Assembly (NCBI GenBank): GCA_965285935.1
Contig: OZ260662.1
Location: forward strand, 5,208,001-5,272,000
Reading direction: 5' to 3'
Length of the DNA stretch: 64,000 bases
Source of the DNA: Ophelia neglecta
Taxonomy: Eukaryota
Made by a program: the position numbers and the translations under genes. Within the stretch, counting starts at the first letter, position 1, and the number at the start of each line of letters is the position of its first letter. Below the pieces are notes generated by a model. It did no database searches. It was given only the letters and a program-made list of their open reading frames with translations, and was not told the DNA's origin. This document shows, piece after piece, positions 44,018 to 55,553 of the stretch.

Positions 44018-46684
44018 TTACATGGGGTCCAACTGAATGTCCCTGGGGATAGTCCCCTGGGGGTCAGGGTTACCCCCGAAGGTTGTGAGGGGATTCACAT
44101 GAATGTCGCTGGCGTTAGCCCCCTGTGGTTCAGGGTTATCTCCTAGGGTTGTCATGGGGTTCACATGAATGTCGCTGGCGATAGCCCCTGGGGGACCAGG
44201 GATAACACCTAGGGTGTCCTGGGGGTCCCCAAGTACAAATCGTAGTTTGGTAATAAAGTTAGTATCTTCTGCTATCAGGAAGGGAATCTTCCTCAGAACC
44301 CGCCTCTGTTTTCTAGTGAATGCTCTGAGATTGACATGATCAAGTATCACTGGGACGATAGGCAGTGATTTGTTTCCGATGATCCTCTCCTCTATGACAG
44401 CGTTGATCTCGAACCCACACCACTCGCTCTGAGCCGAGTTGGGAGACAGGACCAAAATGACCGCCCTGCTGCACTCCATGGACCTCATCACATTGTCAGC
44501 AATGTCCAATCCGGGAATAAAGTCTCTATCATTGACACACAGAGAGTAGGGTGGGTCACAGTCCTGCTCCAGTCCAGGGAGAATGGTTTGGAACACCCAT
44601 CGATAGTCATCACCACAGTAACAGACAAAGGCGTCGTACCGAAACTGGCCCTGTTCTCGTCGTCTGCGGCAGAGTCTTAAACCAGTGACAATGAAAAGCC
44701 ACAGTTGGAGGGAGAAACTCTGTCTTTTCATAATGATAATAAGGGCCAGCGTGAAAAAGACTCCTAGCACGGTAGAGGTGACAATTTTTACTACCATGGT
44801 ACGATGAATATCGGCTGAACATTGATAAGGGTAGGGTCCCCCAATGTATTTGTCACATCTACTCATGGGAAAGACTGACAATATGTCCTGCTGTCTGCTG
44901 CCTGACAACCAAAAAGTGTCCAGACTACATTTGATGGCAAGTGTGTTTCTGACCCCCATTGACTTCAGCCAGGTGATGAACTCCTCACAGCCACAGTGGA
45001 GAGGGTTGTGATGGAGGTAGAGGATGAAGGTGTCCAGCACCCGGTCCAGTGTCTCCACCTCCCGCTGTCCAGCCAGTGGGATGTACTCTATACAGTTAAA
45101 CATCAGTTCTATATCCCCTTGCTTACCGGCACCAATACGACTCCCCCGCATTTGTACCATTGGAAGCAAACTATCACTTGTCAGTTCATTTAACCACAAA
45201 CCGATCACTTTCACATTGTGAAATGATGCGGTCATCAGTTCAGCTGGGAACAGCCTCAGGTGGGTGTCACGTAAGGAGATGTACATCAGGTGTGAACCCA
45301 AAATATTTTGCGGAACTGCAATGTTTAAAAGGTCGTTATTGCCCATTTCAAAAACTAATAAGTTTTGAAGGGAAAGTAATTCCTTTGGGACGTGGGTAAA
45401 GCGGTTGCTTGAGACAAAGAGACTTTTTAAAATTTTAAGATTCTGGTTGGCTACACTATGTAAAGATTTCAGATTAGAACCACGCAAATATAAGTATTCC
45501 AGCTGCTTACACTTAGCAAAGAGGTTTTCAGGTAAATATTCCAGAGGGTTGTATGACAAATCCAGGTGCATAACATTAGTAGCAAACGACAGATTAGATA
45601 TACGAGATCCATGGAGGTCGTTGTGGGCTAGGTCAATGCGATCCAGCCTTTCAATTCCTTCAACATGACCTATAGAGTTTATAGAGTTATAGTCCAGGTA
45701 CACTTCTATCAGGAAATATTGTTTATGTAACCGGTAGTAGCCTGTGTTCCACATTGGATTATCTCTGTATCTCAGTGGCGAGTCTGGACGGGAATCAGTG
45801 AGTCTGGCCCCGTAATTACTCATCATTACTGCCATAGCATCCTCAATTTCAAATTTCTCTTTAAGTTGCCTATTCTTTGATATTTTCCATAGTGGAAACA
45901 TCTTCAATCCAGTGTTAACCAGGGAAAGTTCGTTAATCTCTCCAAATCCTCTTAAGTCTGAAAACGCTGATACATTCGTATCAGAAAAACCCAGCTGTAT
46001 AACATGAGGAAACAACTCCGTTGGAAACGTTTGGATGGACTTCTGATACTCTATGGCATTTTTATATGTTTTCATCTGGCAAGGGATACACACACTGGCA
46101 TAAGGTTCCTGGTAGATGAGCCCTGAGCGAAGCAGGTCTACAGTATTAAATCCATTTGGGGAATCAATGGTCGACCTAATGTAGATAAGCCGTGTTTTGT
46201 TACAAGCAGAGTTATGAGAGAGTGAAATCGACTCGGAAACATTGGTCTTCAGCTGCACATCGTTTAAAGTGATTACAGTTGGATAGGTAAGTTTTGAAAG
46301 TTGGAAAATGTCTGCCCAACCGACGGCACATTTCCCTATGTAAAGTACTTGTATATGTTTCCCACTGCATTGCATTAAGGTTTCTAAAGGCTGTGACACA
46401 TGTATGAGATAGCCTGGTAAATCACACTCAATGTGAAGTCTCGAAGGCCATGAGCTGTTGAGTTGTTTAAATCCATGACATATTCTGCGATAATGTTCTG
46501 TTGTTACCTCACAGAGGTTTGTGTCAGTCCTGTTCCTAGGGGCTATGATAACCATTTTGATCCACTCACGACTAGCAACACTGAAGGCTATTTGTGCTCG
46601 CTGGTAATAAAATATACTATCACAAAACTGGCTCCATCCAGAAGATATGAGGAGGGCAGCGCTCAGAAACCATAGCCACGACAT
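44018..46684 (-). CDS. Toll-like receptor, intronless, 888 aa (copy 3)
   Basis: Same architecture as copies 1 and 2. Confidence 0.97.
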   Translation of the reverse strand: MSWLWFLSAALLISSGWSQFCDSIFYYQRAQIAFSVASREWIKMVIIAPRNRTDTNLCEVTTEHYRRICHGFKQLNSSWPSRLHIECDLPGYLIHVSQPLETLMQCSGKHIQVLYIGKCAVGWADIFQLSKLTYPTVITLNDVQLKTNVSESISLSHNSACNKTRLIYIRSTIDSPNGFNTVDLLRSGLIYQEPYASVCIPCQMKTYKNAIEYQKSIQTFPTELFPHVIQLGFSDTNVSAFSDLRGFGEINELSLVNTGLKMFPLWKISKNRQLKEKFEIEDAMAVMMSNYGARLTDSRPDSPLRYRDNPMWNTGYYRLHKQYFLIEVYLDYNSINSIGHVEGIERLDRIDLAHNDLHGSRISNLSFATNVMHLDLSYNPLEYLPENLFAKCKQLEYLYLRGSNLKSLHSVANQNLKILKSLFVSSNRFTHVPKELLSLQNLLVFEMGNNDLLNIAVPQNILGSHLMYISLRDTHLRLFPAELMTASFHNVKVIGLWLNELTSDSLLPMVQMRGSRIGAGKQGDIELMFNCIEYIPLAGQREVETLDRVLDTFILYLHHNPLHCGCEEFITWLKSMGVRNTLAIKCSLDTFWLSGSRQQDILSVFPMSRCDKYIGGPYPYQCSADIHRTMVVKIVTSTVLGVFFTLALIIIMKRQSFSLQLWLFIVTGLRLCRRRREQGQFRYDAFVCYCGDDYRWVFQTILPGLEQDCDPPYSLCVNDRDFIPGLDIADNVMRSMECSRAVILVLSPNSAQSEWCGFEINAVIEERIIGNKSLPIVPVILDHVNLRAFTRKQRRVLRKIPFLIAEDTNFITKLRFVLGDPQDTLGVIPGPPGAIASDIHVNPMTTLGDNPEPQGANASDIHVNPLTTFGGNPDPQGTIPRDIQLDPM

Positions 46685-48084
46685 GGTGCTATTCTAGTCT
46701 CCTGACTTCTGTCAACGCTTGTAGCAGTTAAAGCTGAGACTTGTGTATGGGTATTGGCAGACAAGAGGGAGAGAATTGACACTCTTATAACACCACTGTG
46801 TACACCGGTATCATGTCAGAGTGTAATACGGGTCCGGTTCTCGACTGGTTGCTGGCCTCTAACAGTTAAAGCTGAGATTTATATATAGATATTGCCAGAC
46901 AAACAGGACCTGTATCAGTAATATGAAACGTGTATGTAGATAGTGCCAGACGGACACGATTTGTAGCTATACCGTATTTAGAACTAATAGAAGACTCACT
47001 TTATCATTTTTATGTGTAGAAAAGAATGAACTTTTGAGACAAAATTGGGAATGTGTTTAATAGTGGAATAGTAAAGTTCATTTGTACGATTTTAATGATA
47101 AAATCCCAAACTAAGCTATGGTCCAGCCCTCTTTTAAAACTACTGGTGTGTACTATCAGATATGCATCTCCTATTAGATCATTTACGGTAATATGTTAAA
47201 TTAGGGCTATGATTCACTGGTGTTATACTGTAAACCAAAAAAGTGTTCGTGAGCCGAAAATTTTCGCCATTATCGAAAAATATAGTAAACATAATTTCCC
47301 TGATCGCAGAAATGTGTACACATATTACACAGTTGACAGTATAGACTTCCCTTTCCTGAGGTGTCGATATATAGATCTTTCGGGTCCCATTTTTACAGCC
47401 CTTCTTCTATCGCCATCTTTCAGACTTTTTTCCGTCCCTTACTTTGACTCAGAATAGGGCCTACTTCTTCTAACTCAAAATTATAGGAAGTAGTTAGGCT
47501 CTCCCCGTCCCCCAGTCACCAGTCAGGCTGTCACCATATTAATATGTATATTAGATTGGGCTTACTCACAGGTACTCAACAGTATGGCGATATGGGTCTA
47601 CATGGGTTAATCCACAGATACCTTACAATATGGATGTATGGTTGTACATGGGTTAATCTACAGATACCTGACAGTATGGTGATTGAGGTATACATGGGTT
47701 AAACTACAGATACCTGACAGTATGTTGATTTGAGTGTACATAGGTTAATCTACAGATAACTTACAGTTTGTACAGGTTTTAAATACATAGCATAAATCTT
47801 AAAGTGAAATCTGCCGTAAAGACCTTCTATAATAAGGACACCTGTCACATCGGATCATTTATATGAAGAAAATTATAAATACTTTACTTACAATATACGT
47901 TGTATAGATGGGTCGCCGAATTTATCGCTTTTCATGAGTTTGCAATTGCCGCTTGCAGTGTAACGCGTACGTCACGGCATTGGATACTGTTGTTAGGGAG
48001 ATTCCGTTCGGATGCCACTCCGCGCGTCGCCAATTGGCTGGACTACTGTTATGACGTCTCAGACTAGATTTTTCCGGGAATATA

Positions 48085-49430
48085 TTACAGGAACCGATGA
48101 CAATTGGGTTACCTTTGTATACTTCTACGCTTAGCCAACAAGCTTCCAAATCGTTGTTTAGATTAACAATATGACCGAATTATGGATATATTTAGCCACA
48201 CCTCCTTCATGTCGTGACCTGTCTTTACGATACAGGGTATATCCCACTATATCAATCAAACTGTCAGGAACAGATTCGTCAAGGAATGTTTCATTAAGAG
48301 ACAAAATATGAGATGACAATAGTATACGAATTTGTTCAATTTTAGGCAATAAACTACGATCATTAAGATGACAAATATTAAAACCATTTTTACTCGATTT
48401 AAAAACATTGGATACGAGAGATAAATAATTCGAGTGCTCCGCAGCCCCGCTATTGGCCTGTGAGTATAACCCAGCGAAGTTACGGGACGTTTATTTACAA
48501 GGCGATTGTTTCGCTCTGTTTGGTAAAAGAGGGCATTGCTTTTCCAATGTTATCTGAGAGGACAGAAGTCCCCTTGAAATTTAAGTGTACATTATCAGTC
48601 TGAAGATGTGTATCATTGATGTTACTGTTGTCAATGAAAGTCCATTTGTTGTCTTCACAAATACGTTCCAGTCCAGTATTTAGCTGGTCAACATATCTCT
48701 GTGTGAAGGGAGTGTCGCGGGGAGGGGTAATTCTATTGAAGGTTCTATTACCTTTGTCCATATTTATCATAGTTTGTGAAGGCAATTTCTCACATATTTT
48801 GTTCACCCTAATTGGTAACTGGCGACCTTCTATGCAGGTCTATATGGCTGCTCCGTATACCTCTTCATCTGAGCACAGTATCCACTCCATGCACATACAG
48901 CATCTGGTCCGTGAATGGTTATCTTGCTTCGGGCCCTTTCATTTGCACTATAAAGTACTCTGAGATGTCCTACAAGGAGGTGAAGTGATTATAACCGAGT
49001 CAGCGACACCAAGTATAGTCAAATGATTAGTTTCATTGCTACTTGACATAGTTTGCTTTCTAGAACTAGATTCAGTGGTCCTGCTCTCAGTTTGCACTGT
49101 CACAGGGCCCACAGGTGTTCTGACAACCTTCAGGACCTCGGTAGACTGTCATTTTTGCCAAGATTCCTCAGCGCATATTTGTTGGTCCTTCGTGATTAAG
49201 GAGTTTTAACAGCACTATACTGATGTGGGAATCTGACTCGGTTACAGTCATCACAAAGCCACAGTTCTCCATGGGACCAAATAGTTGCGTCACCTCTACA
49301 ATCTTCACAAGGGTGAGGTGCCATGTTCTGCTTGAATGGAATAGTAGTATCTTTTGTGAATAGCTTCTATCTATAGTGCAGAACTCCAATACAAATACAA
49401 CTTCTCTGCAAATCGGACAGCGGGTAGTTC
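48085..49430 (-). mobile_element. Decayed CR1/L2-group LINE 5' half: ORF1 (Zn finger, PHD, SGNH-esterase remnants) + ORF2 endonuclease start
   Basis: CEDC...GELWLCDDC (~49240-49320); RCCMCMEW...TC (~48830-48915); FIDN...DNVHLNFKG (48495-48806); HLNDRSL, LNETFLD, GYTLYRKDRSRHEGGVAKYI (48158-48390). Confidence 0.75.
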
Positions 49431-50062
49431 AAATATGTACCGTTCACGAAAACAAATGAATGAGCGATAATTTGGTACCTTTATAAATTGATGATAGAAA
49501 TTTGATAATTGTAGAAAGTATCATCCGAATTTCTAACCGATTAATGGCAAACCAGCTTCTAGAGATCCTTTAATATCCTCTGTACAGGGCACACTTCAAC
49601 CGTCCGAGATAAGTAAAATTCGCTCAGATTGGCTTGGGCCTGAATAGTGCACACTTTATTTCAGTCTCGTTTTGTGCATTAGTTTCGTTACCCTAAAAAA
49701 TGGAACATATTTATTGCATATGTTTTCTATGAAACAACACTGGAATACAATTACTATAGCACAGTAAACCATGACTTGTTAGTTAGCAAGATGTCACGAA
49801 ACACAGCCACATGAGACTTCATTCATATTTAGAAGTTATTTGTGTCCGTACAAGTCTAGTAAGAACACGTTATCAGGAGCCTGCTATTCAGCCACTTTTG
49901 ATCACATTAGCAGGTCGAGTTCCATCAAAAGGCCCAGACACATTTTTTTAATTAATTTAAATCATTTTGGGTACAGTTTTACTCGTGCTGAAAGTAAGGG
50001 TGTGTCAAAGGACAGATTATTGTGTACATACTACAACTTGTTAGATCCAAAATGTTAATCAC

Positions 50063-50137
50063 ACTACAAAATGTAAATCATACTACAAAATGTAAATCAT
50101 ACTACAAAATGTAAATCATACTACAAAATGTAAATCA
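50063..50137. repeat. 19-bp tandem repeat (TACTACAAAATGTAAATCA) x~4
   Basis: Direct inspection. Confidence 0.9.
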
Positions 50138-53100
50138 GCGTGTTTTCTTCAGAATGAACCGATATCTTTTTGAAAGCTCCATTAATATAAAGTTTGCTTG
50201 GTTTGGTATTATAAGATTACACCAGTGAAATAATTTTGAGAATGGAACCCAGTGCTGAGGCTACTTAACGCCACATTTCCAATGAAAATGGAGCTTTCAG
50301 GCTTGTCATAGCCTAAATATTTTATCCACGTACCTACATCAGTTTGAGCTTTTATTGACATAAAACTTTTGTGTTTTTGAAGACATTTTGTAGCGGTCAT
50401 GAAGTGGTTATGGGGTGTTCTGAGACCAAATGGGCACGCTAGGTCAGGCAAATATGTTAGTATATTTCCCAAGATGGACTCGAATGTGTGTATGATATGG
50501 GAAGGATATATAGTTTAAAATATATTGATAAACACAAAGAATAAAGAAACAGTAAACGTGTTTGTTTACTTTACTATTCACTGATTATAGTTTGAACAAT
50601 GTGACTATCTTAAAGGTATCAAGCTATCTTAAAGGTATGCAAAGCGGGACACATGTTCGGGTAACCCAGTAAAGTAGTTAACCTTCATAACCTTCATACC
50701 TTGATGTTTTCTGTGGCGCACCGCCGCCCCAAAGGCTTAATTCTATAGTGAAACTCTTGAATTGGAAACAGGGTTATCCATTTTATGTTTTGCGTAAACG
50801 TACCAGTTGCATTAAGCTGGTCGTAAACTATTGAACGCAGTTGGCATTTTTGAGCATCATTTGTGCGGCGGACATTTTGCGAAAGGGTGACGCGCATTAT
50901 CTACATCCGGTGAAAAGCCTTGAAGTTGACAACTATCCACTGGTTGATGTTTTACAAATGATATAGTCACTTGCCACTTCGAGACACGAAAAACTCTATG
51001 TCCTTGTGTGATAAAGAAAATAAAATTAACTTTTTTCCAAGCTTTTTAACTTCTTGAGGAGCTCACAAAAAATTTCATTTAATATGCAAATCATAAATGA
51101 GACAACAGTATATAAGCTGACTGGCGCCTTTTTGACGAACAATACTGTCTTAAACTTATTAATTTAAATATAATATACTGTCCTACACTTCAAAGCACAA
51201 AATATGCAAACCTTATATTTTGCAAGCCTCTGTTTATTGCAAATTGTACTATTGAACCTAGAAGGAGTGTTCATTAGTTAAACCCATGTAGCTGTTCGCA
51301 TTGGAGCTGGCAGCCATCTAAGTTTCGTGTTGGCCCTTTCGTTGCGCTGATATTTTGGGCACAGTCTAAAAAGACTTATCAAATGTGTGTCTCATCGCAA
51401 TACCAGGCTCTAATTATAAAGACTGTTTGAATATTTTTGATTGTTTGAGTCGTTTTGTGTCACCATTATACATTATCAATACATGTTAACATGCTATTGA
51501 TTAAACGCGGAGGTGCGGAATATATGCGGAGGCGGAGGTCATGATTATTTCTAAGTGGCATGAAGCGAAGAATCGTCAGCAAGGAAATGGTTAGGACAGA
51601 GGGTTAATTTTAGGGTTAGGGGAAGGGTTAGGGACAGGTTTGATAGGTCTAGTGCTCTGTTCTAATTTCTGGATTCACCTCCGCAAGGCTCCGTATTTTG
51701 AGAGCTGCACACGGACGCCAATTATTGCCCAGGCCTAACACACTAAATGTAGCTGAACAAAAAATTAATAGATATGTCTATTAATAATTTTATTTAACAG
51801 ATGAATAAATATATAAGCAAGTGGATTCTCATAAAAGAAATTAAGAATACATGGTAAATCTCATTAAGATTCAACTCAACACGCACAGCACTAAACCTTG
51901 AACATATAGTAATTATGTACACAGTGAATAAAAAAATATGAAAAAATGAAGCCTTGCAAACAGTGAATGTTTGGTGTTCTTGGGCAATACATGTCAATTT
52001 GACAGCACCTGTACCCCAAGGATCCTGCCCCACCCAGCACATACATCGCATTCATATACTAGCGTGTATATACCGTTCAGGGTGGGACCCCCAGTTGTCA
52101 TAAGCACCCGTGATAAATAAAGCATTTTGTAACTACACACCAAGAAGGCAGTGCATTTTCGGCACACATAACAGCTAAAATTGAAAAGTCGTTATTAAAG
52201 TAAAGCCTATTTTTTTACGGCCCATAAAATTTGTAGCTTCAGAGCCTCAATGAATTCATAACAAAAAGATTTCGTGTTTCAGATGTGTCTACAATAGGCA
52301 CTACAGTGTACATATTTGTCGCTCACCTTTTAATTTCTCTGTTTTTTTAACCCCCTCGTGAAATTCGCGAAACAAAGTATACGGGAAATATCAAGGTTTT
52401 GCATTATATCAATCGAGAAGTGCCTTTTCAGTTTAGTTTTACTTCAGGCCTGTCCACGAATTCGAATTGATAACAACATCAATAATATAAATTTTAAGAG
52501 AAAAACATTGGGGCATGGCATTTGTTCTTATTGCGATTAATTCAATACCGTTATCATTTCTGATATTATAAACATGACAATTTACATTAGATGCCAAACA
52601 CATAACTATGTATTCAGGGAGGTCACCAACAAGGTCCTCATTGGGTAATCTAATGCATTGCTTTAAACTGTTAAGTTTTAGGATTCCCTAGGTCTACCAA
52701 GTACGTGAAATATAACATGCCTTATCAATAATACGAATACACCCTTTTGTTTAGTAACTAATCTACTATTGTTATGGTTCTTTTATCTCATCAGCAAGCC
52801 ATATGATTGGGTTGAATCAAAGCAGAATATACTATTTCAAGGACATTGGTCTAGGCTTTAAAGCCATGTTTAATTAAACTAAAAGGCTACATCTCAAAGA
52901 ACCACTAATAACGCTTCCCTTGGAGGTCTCCAGCCGAGCGCCGACTCCAAGGAAAGCTTTCGCTTGTTCCCCGTCTTTTCCAGACAACAGGTGCCTGGCT
53001 TTGTTTGGTCAGGAACACCAACTTCTCTTAGGTCCTTTGCTCTATAGTGAAGAAGATACACGTATATCTGATTATTTTGGATAAAAAAAATAGGTCAATA

Positions 53101-53221
53101 CCATCATTGATACAGGTAAAAGGAAAATACGAAAAATCAGATAAAAAAAGGTATAAACCTACCTCGTTCTGGTTCTTGGATTTACTCGTCATGTCTTGGG
53201 TGGATGCTAGTTTAACCATTA

Positions 53222-53706
53222 TCACCATGACGTTCCTGTGTTACCATGACAACCCACTATTACCATGACAATCCTGTATTACCATGAAAATCCTCTGTTA
53301 CCATAACAATCTTCTGTTATCATGAAAATCCTCGATTATCACAATATGCCTCTGTCACCAAGACAATCCTCTCTTACTTTGATAATCATCTGTTACCATA
53401 CAAGTCCTCTATTACCATGGCAATGCTCTGTTACCATAACAATCTTCTGTTAACATGACAATCCTCTATTAATATTTTATGTCTCTATTACCATAACAAT
53501 CCTCTGTTACCATGACAATCCCCCATTGCCATTACAATCCTCTATTTCCATGACAATCCTCTATTACCATAACAATCTTCTAATACCATTACAATCCTCT
53601 ATTACCATGAAAAGCATCCGCTACCATGATTATCTTCTGCTACCAAGACAATTCTCTGTTATCATGACAATCCTCCGTTATCATGACAAAACGGTGTTAT
53701 CATGAT
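53222..53706. repeat. Degenerate ~20-bp tandem repeat (CCATGACAATCCTCTRTTA), >20 copies
   Basis: Direct inspection. Confidence 0.9.
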
Positions 53707-54544
53707 GATCATAGTCCTCCTGATTTACACATATCTTGCCAGTTACCACAGTTTAGTTTATATACTTCCATTATCATGACAAATCCCAACTGTCATTTAT
53801 TTATTACGTACAATTATGACTGTTCTCACACTCACGAGGAACCTTATTAGTCATTAGAAACAAGTGGCACCCTCTATGGGAGGTAACTTGCATCGTTAGA
53901 TGTCATGAAAGCCATCAAGTACCGACCTCTTTCGGATGAAACTTGTATTACTGGAAGTCATGGATACCGAACGGCAGCGCCCTCTTTAGGAAAGAATTTG
54001 ATTGGAGGTCATGGAATGCGAGAGGATCGCGCCGTATTGAGTGATATCCCGTAATCAGTAATCTTGGGCACCCCCCCATGCAGGGTATTTTATCACTAAG
54101 TGTTTCTGAAGTGTACTCCACTAGCGCCCTCTTTGGGGAGACCTGAGTTAGTGTTTTCTAGTCCTCCCAGAATTCACCTGGTGGTGAGTGATATAAGGAC
54201 ATAAAGCTTCCTTCACTGTCAGTACTGCTATCTAGGTCCTGGTAGCCAGGTTGCCATAGCGATGACCTGGCATCAGTTCCGGGGTCACCGGGTCGGAGAA
54301 ACTCGAGGGCAACACAACCTTTACTGTATCTGAAAGCAGTAAGATAATATGAATAGGTAGAACCTAGATGGAGAACTCATTGGGTCCAGATTCTATATGT
54401 ATAAATAACACATTTAATCTGCCGATGTGAAGTTTTGATGTTTCCTAATAATAATGCAAGAGAACCAACTGAATGTCAGTGTTCCACAATTCTATGAAAC
54501 AATATGCCTCGGTATGATAAATCCTTGGATTATACGCGTGACAA

Positions 54545-54600
54545 GCCGTGGCCGAGTGCTTAGACGTTTGGCTTGGCATTAAAGGTGTGGGTTCGACTTT
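54545..54600 (+). mobile_element. tRNA-like SINE head fragment
   Basis: GCCGTGGCCGAGTGCTTAG ... GGGTTCGACT (A and B boxes) without a complete acceptor stem. Confidence 0.5.
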
Positions 54601-55521
54601 TTGTTGATAAACAAAATAACCCTGTATAATCCGTGGCGTCATTTGTACTGTCCAATAAAGCCATAAATATGTTTTCCCTTGCGTTTGTCAAACGACTTGA
54701 GATACAGGAAAACTTCAAGGAATAATGCTAGGCACAAAATTTGGTTGCATGAAAACCTACTCGACGCGAGCTACGGGAGCCCAGCGCGCGCTGGGGTCAC
54801 ATGAAAGCCAGCGTCATTTTGACAACAGTCCATCTCTACACACGACTTCTTGAACAGTATTGATAATCTTTGCCAAACGTTTTCTCTCAAAAAGGGTTAA
54901 AAATATTTTAACCCGACACTTTCCTTATCCCGAAGCTTGCAGAGACCTACACAGTTCATAACCCCGAGACTGATTCTCAACCCACCCTAATCCGAGGGTT
55001 AATGTCGTTTACTGTATACGGATTGGGTTTAATTATGAGGGAAAAAAGATGTTTTGGAGGAGGCAAAAAAAAATGTGTTGAAAAAAAATTCTCACTCCCC
55101 CCCCCCCCCCCCTGCATTATCAAATGGTCGGCCCCTTAGAAGTAACGAACACATTTGGGCGATAATGGAGATTATTCATAGGAATATTGAAATGGTAAAA
55201 TTGTGCACGCAATAGGGCCAGTCGGATATGTTTCATACTGCTGACCAACAACCACTTTTCTTACCTCCAAAGCTGATTGCAATTAAAAGGCAGTGGTAAG
55301 GCTGGGATAAGTGGGGCTACTTTCAGCTGTTCATATGGGAATTTAACATGGGAATGATGTTTTAAAAGCCCTTACTTAGTGCACACAAAAATGGCACCTC
55401 GCAGGGGTAATTTTACATTAAATAAATGTATTGAAGTTTATATGAAATGACGTTCATATTTGATGATTCTTTTTACTTATTACCCAAAGAGTTCTGGGTA
55501 AAAAGACAAATCCCAAGGGTT

Positions 55522-55553
<32 letters not shown>

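Larger units (their letters stand above)
21640..47810. repeat. Tandem segmental duplication, ~2.5 copies of a ~10-kb unit (approx. 21640-31790, 31790-42390, 42390-47810)
   Basis: Colinear near-identical sequence; TLR ATGs at 26409, 36068, 46684; truncated-TLR ATGs at 29665, 39843. Confidence 0.95.

Noticed and set aside
44018-46684. TLR copy 3 coding region as a simple recombinant of copies 1 and 2
   Set aside because: It alternates in similarity but also has many private substitutions; with three sequences this cannot be separated from lineage-specific change by eye, unlike the indel-marked 3' flank.
51590-51640. Interstitial telomere (also ~55565-55640)
   Set aside because: Only a few degenerate TTAGGG units within what looks like a dispersed repeat with GCGGAG/CTCCGC inverted ends.
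49600-52880. RGS-domain exons of the minus-strand paralog or other genes
   Set aside because: No FSEEN, FW or DSYPRF-like coding found by eye; the short ORFs there have no recognisable homology.
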